The notes under the pieces are model-generated. The model did no database searches, was not told the origin of the DNA, and saw only the letters and a list, made by a program, of their open reading frames with translations. Positions 11,501 through 26,500 of a stretch of 32,330 nt of DNA are shown one piece after another. Each line of letters starts with the position of its first letter. The first letter of the stretch is position 1. The stretch is from Candidatus Altarchaeum sp. GTDB taxonomy: Archaea > Altiarchaeota > Altiarchaeia > Altiarchaeales > Altiarchaeaceae. Both the position numbers and the translations under genes were made by a program. The DNA is taken from positions 1 to 32,330 of the forward strand of contig JAGWDQ010000094.1 in assembly GCA_018260615.1 (NCBI GenBank), read 5' to 3'.

Positions 11501-14500
11501 CAGTTGAAGACAGATTACCCGATGGCTTAAGTTTAGGAGGAAGTGCAAAATTAAATGGCGCTGCTTTAAGTGATCCAACGGGATGTCCGAATTGTGTATT
11601 TAATTTACAATCAGCGGGTGCATTAAAACAAAACGATGTATGGGAACTGACATTTAATGTTTCATCATCAACAACTGTTAGCGGAAATTTAACAAATCTT
11701 GCTATTGTAAATGGAACGAGAGCAGATGGAACAACAATAATGCAGGATAATGCAACAAAGACAATAGATGTTTTAACATCAGATATTACTATTGAAAAAT
11801 CTGCTGATAGGTCAAATGCCCAAACAGGAGACACAGTAACATATACAATTGCTGTAAGAAACACAAAAAATGCAGAAATTTCTCTTAACTTTACAGATAT
11901 ATTACCAACAGGATTTAACTATACAGATAACAGCTTACAAAACGCAATGTTTGTAAGTTACACGCATCCAACTCTTAAATTTAATGCAACAATTAAGGCA
12001 GGCCAAATCTTGTTTATCTCATACCAGGTAAAGATAAATTCATCGGCAAACGGAGCATCCACAAACACAATATATGTTGACGGAAAAGATAAAAATGGAA
12101 ATCCGATTCCGACAAAGAATGCGAGCGAAACAGTTAATGTAGGAGCATCTAATATTACCTTAAATAAAGACAGAAATCCGGGTGACGGAATGATAGAAAT
12201 AGGAAGTAAAGTTAATTATACAATAACTATAAACAATACCGGCTCGGTTCCGATATATACTTTAACAATAAAAGACAAGATTCCATCCGGTTTGTTAATT
12301 TTAGGAGTAATAAATTACAGTGATGATACACAGGTAAATAATTCGTTAACGGGAAGTTGTAATAATATAACTAATTATTGTGAATTCAATATTTCGGTTT
12401 TGAATGAAAACAAATATGTTAAATTTATCATAAAAACAAAGGTAATAAGTAACCAGTCAGATAATAACAATCAAATATCTGAAAATTTAGCGAATTTGAC
12501 ATATTACGACGGAGCAGGAAACAGGAGTGATACAAACAAGTCGGCAAATCTATTTACTGTCAAATATCCGGTTATTGAAATATCAAAGGTTTATGTTGAA
12601 GGAACAGACAAACAACCGGGGGACCTTGTGCATTATAATATTTCTATAATTAACAAGGGATTGGGCTTTGCAAATGTTACAATTAATGATACATTTGACA
12701 GCAGTTTGGAAATAATTAACTGGACAAACGGAAGCTGTAGTAGCGTACCATCAAATCCAGAGCAGGTTTCAAACTCATCTTCGGGAAATTTCTATCAATG
12801 GAATTTAACAAAATTACCCGGAAAACCAAATGCATTGACTCAGGATGTTTGCTGGAATATTTATATAACTGCAAAGGTTAAATCAGATGATTTCTATTAC
12901 AATAAAACAAGAATTGATAACAATACGGTGAATGTTTCATGGACAGATAACAACGGCACGACAAGAACAACAACCAATACTTCAGCAGGAATTGATATTC
13001 TGACTGCAAATGTGACAATAAACAAAACTTCAACGCCTGAAAGGGTAAATGTTTCGCCGGGAGATAATGTAATTTATATAATTGAGGTTAAAAATAGAGG
13101 AAACGGAACTGCTTATAACATACAAATTAACGATACATTGCCAGAAGGATTAAAAAATATAACTTGCAGTTATACTAAAAATGCTTCTGGAACACTAACA
13201 CCTTTACCCTGTTCATGCAATGGAAGAACCTGCCAGTTCAATATTTCAAAGATGGAAGCAAATACATACTGGAACATAACAATAAATACAACAGTTAATT
13301 CAAGTGCAACAGAAATAGCAGGAAACAATGCAACAATTTACTGGAAGGATAATGAAAGTTACAACAATACAACCACAACTGCAAATACATCATCATTAGG
13401 CGTTTTACATCCGAATGTTACAATAAGCAAGATTTCAAATCCTGAAAGTGGAAATGTTGAACCTGGAGCTTTTGTAAATTATACAATTATAATAACTAAT
13501 GTTGGGAATGGAACAGCATACCATATAAGCATTAATGATACAATCCCGGGTGGATTAAATATAATTTCATGGAGCAATACAACAAATGCATCCGCAACAG
13601 TTAATGGTTTATGTAATAATGATACTAACAGAAATCCATGTCAATTTAATATTTCGGTAATGCAAGCAAATACATACTGGAACATAACAATTACTACAAA
13701 GGTTTCTTCAAGTGCAACAGAAATAGCAGGGAACAATGCAACAATTTACTGGAAGGATAATGAAAGTTACAGCAATACAACCACATCAGATACAACATCT
13801 CCGTTAGGAGTTTTGAAAGGAAATGTAACAATACGCAAAACAAGGCAGGGAGTAGGTTGTGTTGAAGTAGGTGACACAATAACTTATATTATTAATGTAA
13901 GTAATTTAGGAAACGGAACCGCCTACAATGTAAATGTAAAAGATATATTGCCAGACGGAACAAAATTTGATACTTCTTCTTCCGCATATCCTGGTAATTG
14001 TAGTAATTACCTAAGCTGTAGCGAGTCACCATCAGAGTCAGGGAATATTTCATGTGATGTTCAAGGAGGAGGCGCACCTGTGGGGCAGTTAAATACAGGT
14101 TGTTGGGCAGGTGCACGGCTTAAAGTAAAGGTTCTTCCCACAGCAGGAAGTAACATTTCAAACAATACGGCATTCCTGAATTACACCGATAATTATACTT
14201 ATGTAAATGACACAGAAAATTCATCATGGAGCGAGATATGTGTAAACAAATCACATATTGTTCTTCATAAAGCACCGCCAGAACCTCCATCATCAGAACC
14301 CGGACACGAATTTAATTATACAATAACAGTAAAGAATGAAGGTACGGGAACTGCTTATAATGTAAACGTTAATGATACAATTCCGGATAATTGTTCTTTT
14401 GTTTCCCAGCAATCAACTGGAAATCCAACTTTCAGTTTAAGTTCAATCGGGGATAAAGCATATTGGGTATATAATAATATTTCTTCTCAAGATAATACTC

Positions 14501-17500
14501 GAACCATAACTTTAACAATAAAGTGTAATTCAAATGCATCAATTGTAAGAAATACTGCTTATGCAAACTATACGACAAAGGAATATAATGCGACAACGGG
14601 AGCAGGAATTTATAATACATCTTCAAATGAAACAACTGTAATTATAAATAAACCGAATATTACAGTAATAAAAAGCAAATCACTTCCATGGCCACATGAT
14701 CCGCTATGGGTAGGCGATACAATCACTTATGAAATAAATGTTAAGGAAAATGGAGGGGCGCACGCAAATGTTACGGTTAATGATATTATTCCGGATGGAT
14801 TGGTGCTTATAAGCTGTGATATTGCTGGAAGTTACACCAATTGTGATTCTAATGGAAATACATTAACCTGGAACATACGACTGAATCCTTCTCAGAGTAT
14901 TGCAATATATCCTCAATTCAGGGTAAATTCATCAATAAACGCAGATAAAAATAACGGATTCAATAACACAGTAACATGGTCATGGAAGGATGATAATAGC
15001 ACTGTTTATTATCCGTCAGGTAATTCATCAGTTACAAATGTTACTGTTTGCAGGCCAAATTTAACAATTTCAATTGTCTGTGATAAAAAATATGTGTATG
15101 ATGGCACATCAACAATCTGCACAGTCCATGTCAGCAATTCAGAAGATTGTCCTGCTTATAATACGATTGTAAATGTTCCTTTTGATTTGTCTTCCTTTAC
15201 ATGTGCTAATCCCACATCTCCGGGAAGTTGTGAAACAGGAAACGTAGTATGGTATTTGGGAGAGTTTGAGAGTAAGGGCTTTAAAGAATTAAATTTCACT
15301 TTAACATCATTTAATGATGTTTCAACGCAAACAACTCATAACATAACAGCTTATCTTAATTATAATGATAGTTCTAATTCGGACTATGCACGACATTATT
15401 CAAAGAATGATACATGGCAGCTGATACAGATTCAGAAACCAAATGTGTCAGCAGAGAAAGTAATAAATCCAAGATATCCACAGCCGGGAGACGATGTTGT
15501 TTATACAATCACAGTGAAAAATTTTGCATCATCGCTATATACAATACAAAACATTACCGATGTACTCCCGGTAAATTGGACAGAATGTATAAATTCTACT
15601 GTTTCACATTCAAATGCAACTACAAATGCAACACTTGCATCATGGAGTGTTTCCTGGGACACAGTAACAAGAACCTGTAGATTGAGCTTCAACAATTTGG
15701 TTCCGTTAAACCAAAACGAGAATATAATATGGACATTCCACACATCTCCAAATGCAAGTACGCTTGAAGGAACATATTATGAAGACCAGCCCGGATATTG
15801 CGGAAATACAACGGGGGATAGTATAAACTGTCATGATACACCCTCTGATGGAGCATTGCCAAACGGCGTGTATGTAATGTATCCGATGGCATCAGTTCAA
15901 AAGGATGGTCCTGCAAAAGCCTTTGTAAATGATATTGTAGAATATACATTGACAATAAGAGCCGACTATTTAACCTCTTACAGTTTAAATGTTAAAGATG
16001 AACTTCCGGTGGGCTTTATTTATCAGTCCCATACATGCAGATATAAAAACAACAATTCCGATTGCACAGTATTATTAAGTAATAACAACAACCTAATTAC
16101 CGGCTCTTTCTCAAAACTTGATACCGGAGATGCAATAGTAATAAAAATTTATGCATTGGTTACAGACGCTGCGGATCAGATTTCAAAAAATAATGTTTAT
16201 CTCAATTATTCAGATCATTCGGGAGCACATATTAAATACTCTCATGATTCAAAAACAACTGTTGTACCTTATGGGACATTTGTTACAAATATTATTAAAG
16301 AGTTCTCTCCACAGAGCAAGTTCTGCTTTAATGGACAGAATGCAACAATAATTTTAAGGGTTTCAACAACATCAAACGACCCAAGAGCAACGGCATACAA
16401 TATATCTGTATGGGATAACCTGGGGAATCTTGGCTATGCAGGTAACTGCAAGTATAAAGACAGCAGAGGAAATTCATGTAGTTGTAATCCAAGTGTAACC
16501 AGTGGCAGGGTAGAATTAAATTACACAAATAATGCCATTCTTTGTTCGGATATGATTAAACAGCAGAAAGCAGGAGAATGGTTTGAAATTTCTTATGATG
16601 TCAATGCCAGTGCGGAAGGTACTTATCCTGATATTGGTTATGTTAAATTTTATGATTACAATAATACTGCAAATATTTCCTCTTATCCCGCATCTATTTA
16701 TGCAAAGAATTGTTCAATAATGATAACAAAGACAAAAATTTCCCCTGAAAATATAACGCCCTGTGCGGATGTGATCTTTAATATTACAATTAAGAATCTG
16801 GCATCTGTAACCATGCGAAATGTTGAATTCGGAGATATTTATCCGTTAAACTGGCAAAATATAAGTTATGTTTGTGGAAGTGGAGGCGCATGTCAGGACA
16901 ACGGGGATCTTCTGAATGGAACGGCGACTGATTTATCTCCTGGCGAGCAATATTCATTTACATTAACTTTAAGACCGAATACCTCGGCAAATAATGTACT
17001 CGGAACAATAAACTTGGCAAGGGTTTTTGCAAGAAATTCAACTTCTTACAGCGACGAAACAAAGCTTCCTGTGGAAATTTTAGCACAAACCCCAAATGTT
17101 TATAAGGTCTTAAACTCAAGTAATAATTCAGGAATTGCCGACTACGGAAATAATGTAACCTTAACGATAAAGGTTCAGAATCCTTCGCAGGGAAATATGG
17201 TGATTAAAAGCATCACAGATATAATCCCTGAAAATTTCACATTTGTAACCTCGGATTATTCACAAAACTGCACATACAATAGTACAACACGAATTTTAAA
17301 TTGTACTCTAAATATTAATCTTCTGCCGGGAAGCATATTTAATTTCAGTTACATAATTTCTCCGACATCAAATGTTTCAGAGGGAATTTATCAGTTGAAT
17401 ATATGGGACAAGGCAAATGTAACAACAGCAGATGCATGTGGAAAAGAAACAACAACGCCTTCGGTATATTCGCCTGATATTTTAGAAATCAGAGCTCCGC

Positions 17501-20500
17501 ATCTCGTAATTTCAAAATCAGCAAATATTTCATCTCTTGAACCCGGAAATTATGTGAATTATACAATAACAATAGAAAATATACAAACAGGAAGCAAGGG
17601 AACTGCACACAATATAACAGTCAAGGACGAGATTCCCATACAATTTGAATTTATAAGCGCCTCGGCAGCAAAAGGAGGTAATTCGCTGGCAGTAAATCAC
17701 GATTGTTCATCCTCTAATAATTTATGCACATTTAATATTTCCGTTGCTCTTGCTCCGCAGGAAGTGGTAACTATGAGAATCAAAGTACTGGCAAAGTCCG
17801 TATTAACAGATACATCAACAGATAATTATGCAAATGTAACCGGAAAATACGGGGATAACTCTCAAATGAATACAACTAACACAACACCGCCCGCACATGT
17901 AACAATACTCGCATCCCCGATATTGACCATAACAAAACAAGAGCAGAGTTCAACAGCCGAACCAGGACAGCCCTTTTCTTATACAATAAAAGTTTCAAAC
18001 AATTACAACACAACAGCATATAATGTTACTGTTTATGATAATATTCCCGGAAACTGTACTTATATAAGTAATTCGTCTTCGCCATCAGCAGATCGTAGCT
18101 GGAATATAAGCAATACTTATTACTGGAACAAATCACAATTGTCTCCACACAATGACTGGACAATAACCTTGACAATTAAGTGTAATTCAAATGTTACAAC
18201 AGTAAATAATACGGTAAATGTAAGTTATAGTGATGGTTATCAATATATCAATAATCAGTCAAATTCAACGGGCACATATAATGATAAGGTAACAATTACA
18301 AAGCCAACAGTGACTGTAACAAAGACAAGAACAACGCCACCTGGAAATGTAAATATAGGAGGTACAATAACCTATACTTTAAATGTAAATCCAGGAGGAC
18401 ATGCAAATGTTACTCTAACTGATAAAGTTCCGAATGGGCTAATATATGATTCATGTACATCTGCATCAGGACAACCCACATGCAGCCACAATTCAACAAC
18501 AAATATAACAACATGGAATGTTTATTCCAACACATCTGTCTCATTTACAGTTACCTATAAAGTTACAACTTATGCATATCCGGAATTCAATAACACAGTT
18601 AATTACACATGGAAGGATGATACAGGTGGGGAATATGGTCCAAATTCAACAACCTCTATGCCAACAAATGTTTGCAGACCAAATTTAACTTTAACTATTA
18701 CATGCAGCAGGCCGGAAATTTATCAGGGATTAAACGAAATTTGCACAATTACAATAACAAATAATGCAAATTGTTCGGCATATAATGTCAGCGTTGTTTC
18801 GGATGTTCCGGTTAACTTCAAATGCGATCAGGCAGGAGGAGATGCTACCGGAATATGTAATGCAAACAATGCCACATGGTTTATAAGTCAGATTTCAGAA
18901 TATGGAACAAAAATTTTAAATTATACAATGACGGTTGAAAATGATACTAATGTAAATATAACTACACAGATCAATGCAAATGCAACTTACTGGGATCATT
19001 ATGATATAATTTATGGGCAAGATAATTATGTTGCACCCAATTCAACAACAGTAAAGCAATTGCCAAAGCCGAATATAGTTATCTATAAAGATATAAATCC
19101 GTTTATTGCACAGCCGGGAGAAAATGTTGTTTATTCAATAATTGTCAGAAATGACGGCAATTCAACAATTTCTTTGAATAACATAACTGATATGTTGCCT
19201 CCAAACTGGAACGGATGCAATACAACCGGAATTTACGACCAATACGGAGGATTCATTAACAGCGGCCAATATAATATCACTCAATCCGGGGATACATGTA
19301 TAGTAAATTTCACCAATCTAATTTCAGTTTCACCCGGAAAAAATGTTACATGGAAATTTAATTCCTCTGCAAAGCCAAGTGCAGACAAGGGCGCAAACAA
19401 CGATACTCCGTCTGCATGCTATGTTTTGGCAAATCAGACGGTATGTCCGGACGGGCTGGCAGGAAAAGTTGAGATTGTCTATCCGACAGCAAAAGTGATT
19501 AAACAATTTAGTACAACAACTGCAAAGACAGGAATGCAAGTTAATTTTACATTGACATTCTATGATATGATATATGATGTATATAATTTAACATTTAATG
19601 ACACACTTCCATACGGATTAAAATATGTCTCCTCTGCTTTTGAGGGGAATTGTAATGGCTGTACATTATCTGTTTCAACCGCTCCATGTATTGAGGATGC
19701 AGGTAAGACATGCGACTTTATAAATGGAAGTATCGGAAATATGACGCGGGGAAATAATGGCAAGCTAACAGTAACCGTAAATGTTACGGAGAATGTGAGT
19801 GCGGTAAACAGAAATACAGGTTATATATCGTGGCAGGACTATTCCGGAGGCATCGTACAAAATGATACTAACGATGATACTTTATATGTTCCTGTTATGC
19901 CCGCACAAACATTTATTGAAAAATCATTCTATCCGGAAAACAAGGTCTGTTTTAATGCAATGAATTTAACTGTAAAATTAAAGGTATTTACATTAGGAAC
20001 AGACCCGAGAGCAAAGAGTTATAATATTAAAATTACAGACACATTTGAAGGAATGAGTTATATTGATGGAACATGTATTCAAATTTATAGTAATGGCTCA
20101 AGCAGGGCATGTCCATCTGTTATGGATTATGGAAACGGAACAGTAGAATTCATCAATTTAGGAACTCAAAAGGTTGATGACTACTTTATAGTACAATTTA
20201 ATACTAAAATTTGGACCGAAGGGATGAAAAATGATACGGCAATAGTTGAATATTATAATGCATCTTCCGGAGGCGCGAAATTTACCGCAAGTACATCTCC
20301 TGCAAAAATAGGAATTTTGGCAAAGTCATGTAGTTTGGTAGCGGTTAAAAGTGATGAAAATGTATCTCCGTGTGAAGAGGTTACTTATACAATAACAATA
20401 ACAAATTACGCAGGGGAAAAGATGAGAGATATAACTATTATTGATACATATCCACCAGGGTGGAATTTCTCTCACAGTAGTAGTAGCAGCAGCGTGGATC

Positions 20501-23500
20501 CAAATTGTCAAAATACGGGGACTTATGCTGTTTGTCATCCACTTGATAATAATAATAATGAAATCGAATTAATGCCATCAGGATATCCGGGAGACAGCAT
20601 ATCATTTGATATTATTTTACTGCCAAATACAAGCGCTGGAGCATCGTCGGGACAGAATGTAGTTAAGGTTAGTACAATGGGAAGTACAACCAATAAGATT
20701 TATGAAGACGAGATGTCGGTTCCGGCAAATATTATTTTGTCCCAACCATCTGTCTATAAAGGAATATTTTCCGGTGATAAAGCAGATTATGGAGATAACA
20801 TAACGGTGGAAATCACAATAAATAATCCAAGTTCTGGAGATATAACAGTTGAAAAAATTACGGATATAATCCCGCAAAAGTACAATGTCCATCTTCCGGT
20901 AGGCAGCATGCTTAATTGTTCCTTTGATAATAGCAGTAGAGTAATGACCTGCAATGTTAGTATTGTCATTACAAAAGGAGGAAGTGCTAAATTTTATTAC
21001 AATATTACTCCTACATCAGCATTAAACTGCCCGATGGATGGATGCGAATTAAATATTGCCAATTTGACACCTACAATAACAAGTAGAGATAATTGCGGAA
21101 AGGACTACACAACACAAGGATTTTCATCAGGGGTTGTAAAGGTTTATCCGCCGATATTAACAGCAACAAAAACAGCAAGTACCTCACCGGTGCAACCGGG
21201 ACAAACATTCAATTACACTATAACAATAAAGAATGAGCAAACAAATGCAAAAGGAACTGCTTATAATGTAACCGTAAATGACGAAATTCCATCACAGTTA
21301 GGATATATAACTGCTGTATCAAGTAAAGGAACATTAAGTATAAGCAATGTAAGCAATAATTACACATTTACAACAGATGCTTCTCTCGGCCCAGGAGACA
21401 CTATGACAATAACAATTACTGTCAAAGCAAAATCATACCCTTCAAATACAACAGTAACAAACAAAGCAACAATTTATGCAAAATACGGCGACAACAGCAA
21501 CATTTCACCAGTGACAACAAATGAAGTAAATGTAACTATATTATCAAAGCCGGTATTAGATATTACAAAAACACGCTGGAATACATCATCAGAACCGGGA
21601 CATGAATTTAGTTATACTATTACCGTAACAAATACATACCAGGCAACAGCACATAATTTAATTGTAAATGATACAATTCCGGATAACTGCGAATATGTTA
21701 GTTCAAGTCCATCATATTCAGGTGTAACTGGAAAGACATATTCGTGGTTTAAGTTAGAATTAGGAATGGGCGACAATTGGCAAATAACCTTAACAATTAA
21801 ATGTAATTCATCTGCTTATAGTGTTCTAAATACCGCAAGTTTGAATTATGTTGATGGTTCGGGAAGTCCGGGAACAAATTCAAATACATCGGATGCAGTT
21901 GAAATTAAACATCCTCATGTTTCAGTAAACAAAACATTACAAACACCAGGAACAATTAGTGTAGGAAACGTTATACAATATCAAATAACAGTTAAAGAAA
22001 CAGGAGGAGCGCACGCAAATGTTACCGTAAGAGATGCAATTCCACAAGGATTAAAGTTTAATAATTGCAGTGGCGGTGACAATTGTTACAATACAACTAA
22101 TGAAGTGATATGGACATTACGACTAAATCCATCAGACACCAAGTATTTAACAGTGAACTATAAGGTTACAACCAATGCATCCGTCTTTAACAATACAGTA
22201 AATGCAACCTGGATAGATGATGCAAATGGACCGTATGGAACGGATGGGTCAACCAATGCTACATCAGAAACAGCAAGTGTTTGCAAACCAAATGTTACAA
22301 TCAGAATTGAATGTGAAAAACCGTATGTTTATAAAGATGTTCAGGAGGTCTGCCACATTTTTGTTGAAAACCATGCAAATTGCACCGCTTATAATACAAC
22401 AGTTAATGTTCCAATCCCAACGAACTTTGAATGTCAGGTAGCAACAGGAGGAAATTGTATTGCAAATAATGCCACATGGAATGTAGGAACACTTACAGGA
22501 GGACAACTAAAAGTATTAAATTTAACAATGAATGTTGTAAATGATACTAATGTAAATATAACCCATAACATTACAGCATATCTTGAATACAGAGATTATC
22601 CGTTGCCCGATGCAGAAAACCTTGGAAAATACTATTATGGAAATGACACAACAACCGTAATACAATTACCAAAACCGGATATAAGTATAATCAAGAGCGT
22701 AAATCCATATTACAGTGAAAGAGGACAGGAAGTTACTTATACAATAAACATGACAAACAATGGAAATTCAACGATACAAGTGCTAAACATTACGGACGAA
22801 CTTCCAGAGAATTGGAGTTATTGTTATGATTCAGGCATTTCAGCACCCTTATACGGAAATGTTGCACATGAATTATTAAATACATCAAGAAATTGCATTG
22901 CTGTTATCAATCAAACGACAAATGTAATTACTATTAATCCGGGAGAATCATTAATATGGACATTCAAATCGGTTCCTTTGAATAATGCAGCAGGAAGTAA
23001 AGATGGAATAGCACATACAGATACTCCCTCGGCATTTATAAATACCTCGGGAAATGTTCAGGAAGTTCAGGGTTTAGTAGGAAGGGCAGTTGTAAAGTAT
23101 CCCGATATGCAGATACAAAAGAATGGAAAGGAAATAGGAGCGGTTAATGATGTCTTTAATTACACCATAATTGTAACAAATAAAGATATGCCTGCTTATA
23201 ATGTGGTAGTTGAGGATACACTTCCCGGTGGATTTGGTTATCTGAATACTTATCTTGATGCGTGTTTAAATTGTTCATTGATATCAGCAACAAACGGAAT
23301 AATCAAGGTTGATGCAGGAAATTTCACTTCAAACCAGGTAAAGAAAATTTATGTGGAAGTCAATATTACAAATAATTCGGCCGACCATAATATTAACCAG
23401 GCAAATGTTACCTACAAGGATTATTCAGGAACAGTTGAAGATACACAAAACGATACCTTTGATACACGGGTTCCTGTAGGTCCGTTTATTGTAAAGATAA

Positions 23501-26500
23501 CAAAAACTTTAGATCCGCAAAACAAAATATGTTATAATGTTCAAAATATGTCAGTAACATTAAGAGTAGAAGTCATAAGTCAGGATCCAAGAGCAAAAGC
23601 ATACAATATAAATGTAACTGATGAGATTACTGCTCAATTTACAGATTATGTTTCCGGCTCAGGAATTATATGTGATCCAAACTGTCATACATTAGAACCA
23701 AATAAGACCAATAATGCAACTGGATTTGTATTAAACTGGAACACAAATAAGGAGTTAAGGACAGATAACTATTTTGAACTGAAATTTACTTTGAATTCAA
23801 GCAATGAAGAAACAGTTAGAGATACGGCATTCGTTGAATTTGTAAATGCAAGTGTTAATGGAACCTACTTTAAAGAAAATTCAACAGAAAAATCATACCT
23901 TACAAAGAATTGCACACTCGCAGTAACAAAAACAGGAAAGGACAGAGTAAAACCATGTGAAAATGCAACATTCAATATAACGATTTACAATGAAGGAAGT
24001 GAAGTTATGAGGGATGTGTACTTTAGAGATACATTCCCGTCTAAATGGACTTATGTGAGTTCAAGTGACGCATCAGATTCAAGAATAACATGCAATACAT
24101 CAACAATTTCATCAGGATATGTTGATTGTGAATTAGATCAGTTAGTGCCTGGTGAAAGTCATTCATGGGCAATCATACTAAAACCAGATACTACACAAGG
24201 AGTTGATACAGGAATAGAGCAGACAAATGTTTTGGGCGTAGATGCAATTGGAGTTACTTCAAATAATACTTATCATGATGGTACAAAGAAAACAGTAATA
24301 GTTGATAAGACAGAAGCAGGATTATATAAAGAAATTTTAGACACGCAAGCGGATTATGGAGATAATATCAGAGTAAGGATAACAGTAAGTAATAAAGGAA
24401 ATTCAACAATAACATTAACAAAGATTATTGATACAATTCCTGCAAATTTCAACATTTCACTGCCATCGGGTTCAAGTTGCAGTCTTTCTTCACAGGACAT
24501 ATCTACCTTAAGGACATTAACCTGCACTTATGATGTTAAAATTAATGCGTCCGGAACAACAGGAGATAGTTATGAGTTTATCTATAACATTATTCCAACC
24601 TCAAATTTAAGTATATTGACGGATAAAGAAACATATTACTTAAACGCAGCAACAGTAACGACAAAAGACGAATGTAATAACGAAACAACCGACTTAACAA
24701 CAACACCCGCACAGTCAATAACTGTTTATCCGCCGATATTAAAAGCAAGCAAGAGTGCAAATAAGATACAGCTTGAGCTGGGAGAAACATTAACTTATAC
24801 TATAACGATAAAGAACGAACAGACAAATGCAAAAGGAACTGCTTATAATGTAATTGTTTCAGATAATATTCCCTCAAACTTTGAGTATATTAATGCCACA
24901 TTGGATGGAAATCCAATACCAAATTTAAGTTCAAATCCATACACATTTAATGTCGGTAAATTTACTCCCTCAACAACAAGGTCTCTTGTAATAACCGTAA
25001 GAGCAATTTCTTCCGGAGATACAATAAATTTTGCAACTATTAACGGAACTTATGGAGATAACAGCAGTATTTCATCAAAGGACTCAAACAATGTTTCTGT
25101 TAAGGTTTTAGGAGCGCCGCAAATGTCTGTTAGTAAGGAACAGAATGTGACAAGCAGTGTAGAACCAGGGGAATTAATTAAATACACAATAACAGTTAAT
25201 AATTTACAAAATGTTACATCTTATAATGTTAATATAACCGATCAAATTCCGCAATATACTGACTTTAACCGCACTAACGATACTGCTTGTACATATAATT
25301 CATCAACAGGAATAGTTAATTGTACAAAGGCACAAATGCTGGGCTTGGAGATATGGAATATTGAAATTGTGGTTAAAGTTACAAGTAATGCTACATCAGT
25401 AACAAATACCGCAAATTTAACATGGATGGATGGGTTAAATAATAATTTCAGTACTACAAATACAACGACGCCAATTAATGTTAAACATCCGAATGTAACA
25501 ATAAGTAAAGAAATTAAGACGCCTGTAAAAAGTTTCTACGCACCAGGAGATGCAATTATTTATCAGGTAAATATTAAAAATATAGGGGACGGAACTGCAT
25601 ACAATGTAAATGTTACAGATACAATTCCATCAGGATTAATTTACAACACCTCATCTGGACTTACAGCTGTTCAACCAACGATAAGCTATACTTCAACAGA
25701 AATTACTTTGTTCTTTGACAAAATTGGAGTGGGACAAACAGGAGATACTTTAATTTACTTTATTGTTAACACAACCGCAACTGATACATCTTTGAACAAT
25801 ACCGTAAATGTAACATATAAAGATGGTTACGGAAAAGAATTTAATGCGAGCAATTCAACATCAAATGCAAATCAAACAACAATTTGTCATCCAAATGTTT
25901 CAATAAGCATAAATGCAAATCCATCAACGACATTCTATCAAGGACCGGAAATTTTATTCACGATAAATGTTGATCTGTTAACACTATGTTCAGCACACGA
26001 TGTTGAAATTTGCGTAACATTGCCTGATGAAGTTAACTTTATTGCAGGTTCTGCGAGTCCGCAGCAATCAAGCATATCCCCGTTATGTTTCAGTTTAGGC
26101 GATATTTCAGGAGATGCAGCAATAACATTTAACGGAAAAGCAAAGAATGTATCAGCAATAACAATAAGAAATGTCACAATTAACGGAACATTCAATGATG
26201 GAATTAATACACCATTTAACACAAGTGATAATCGCACAGAAGTAACAATATTGCCTCCACCAGATGTTTATGTTGAAAAATCATGGACGCCAAACAGAAA
26301 TTCACCTGATTTCTTTGAACCGGGAGAAACAGTAAATATAACTTTAACAGTAAAGAACAATGGAGATAATGCAATAAATGTGACAACATTAACAGACAAC
26401 CACACACAATATTTGGAAATTTTAAGGACAATTTCTGTAACGGGACCATCAGGAGCAATTAGTTACACAGAAGTTTCAAATACATCAACGAACTACACAA

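Noticed and set aside
23671-23688. CDPNCH as an atypical CX3CH heme-binding motif
   Set aside because: It occurs once, and the equivalent loops in other units (CSCNP, RACPS) lack the His. No canonical CxxCH was noticed in the parts translated.
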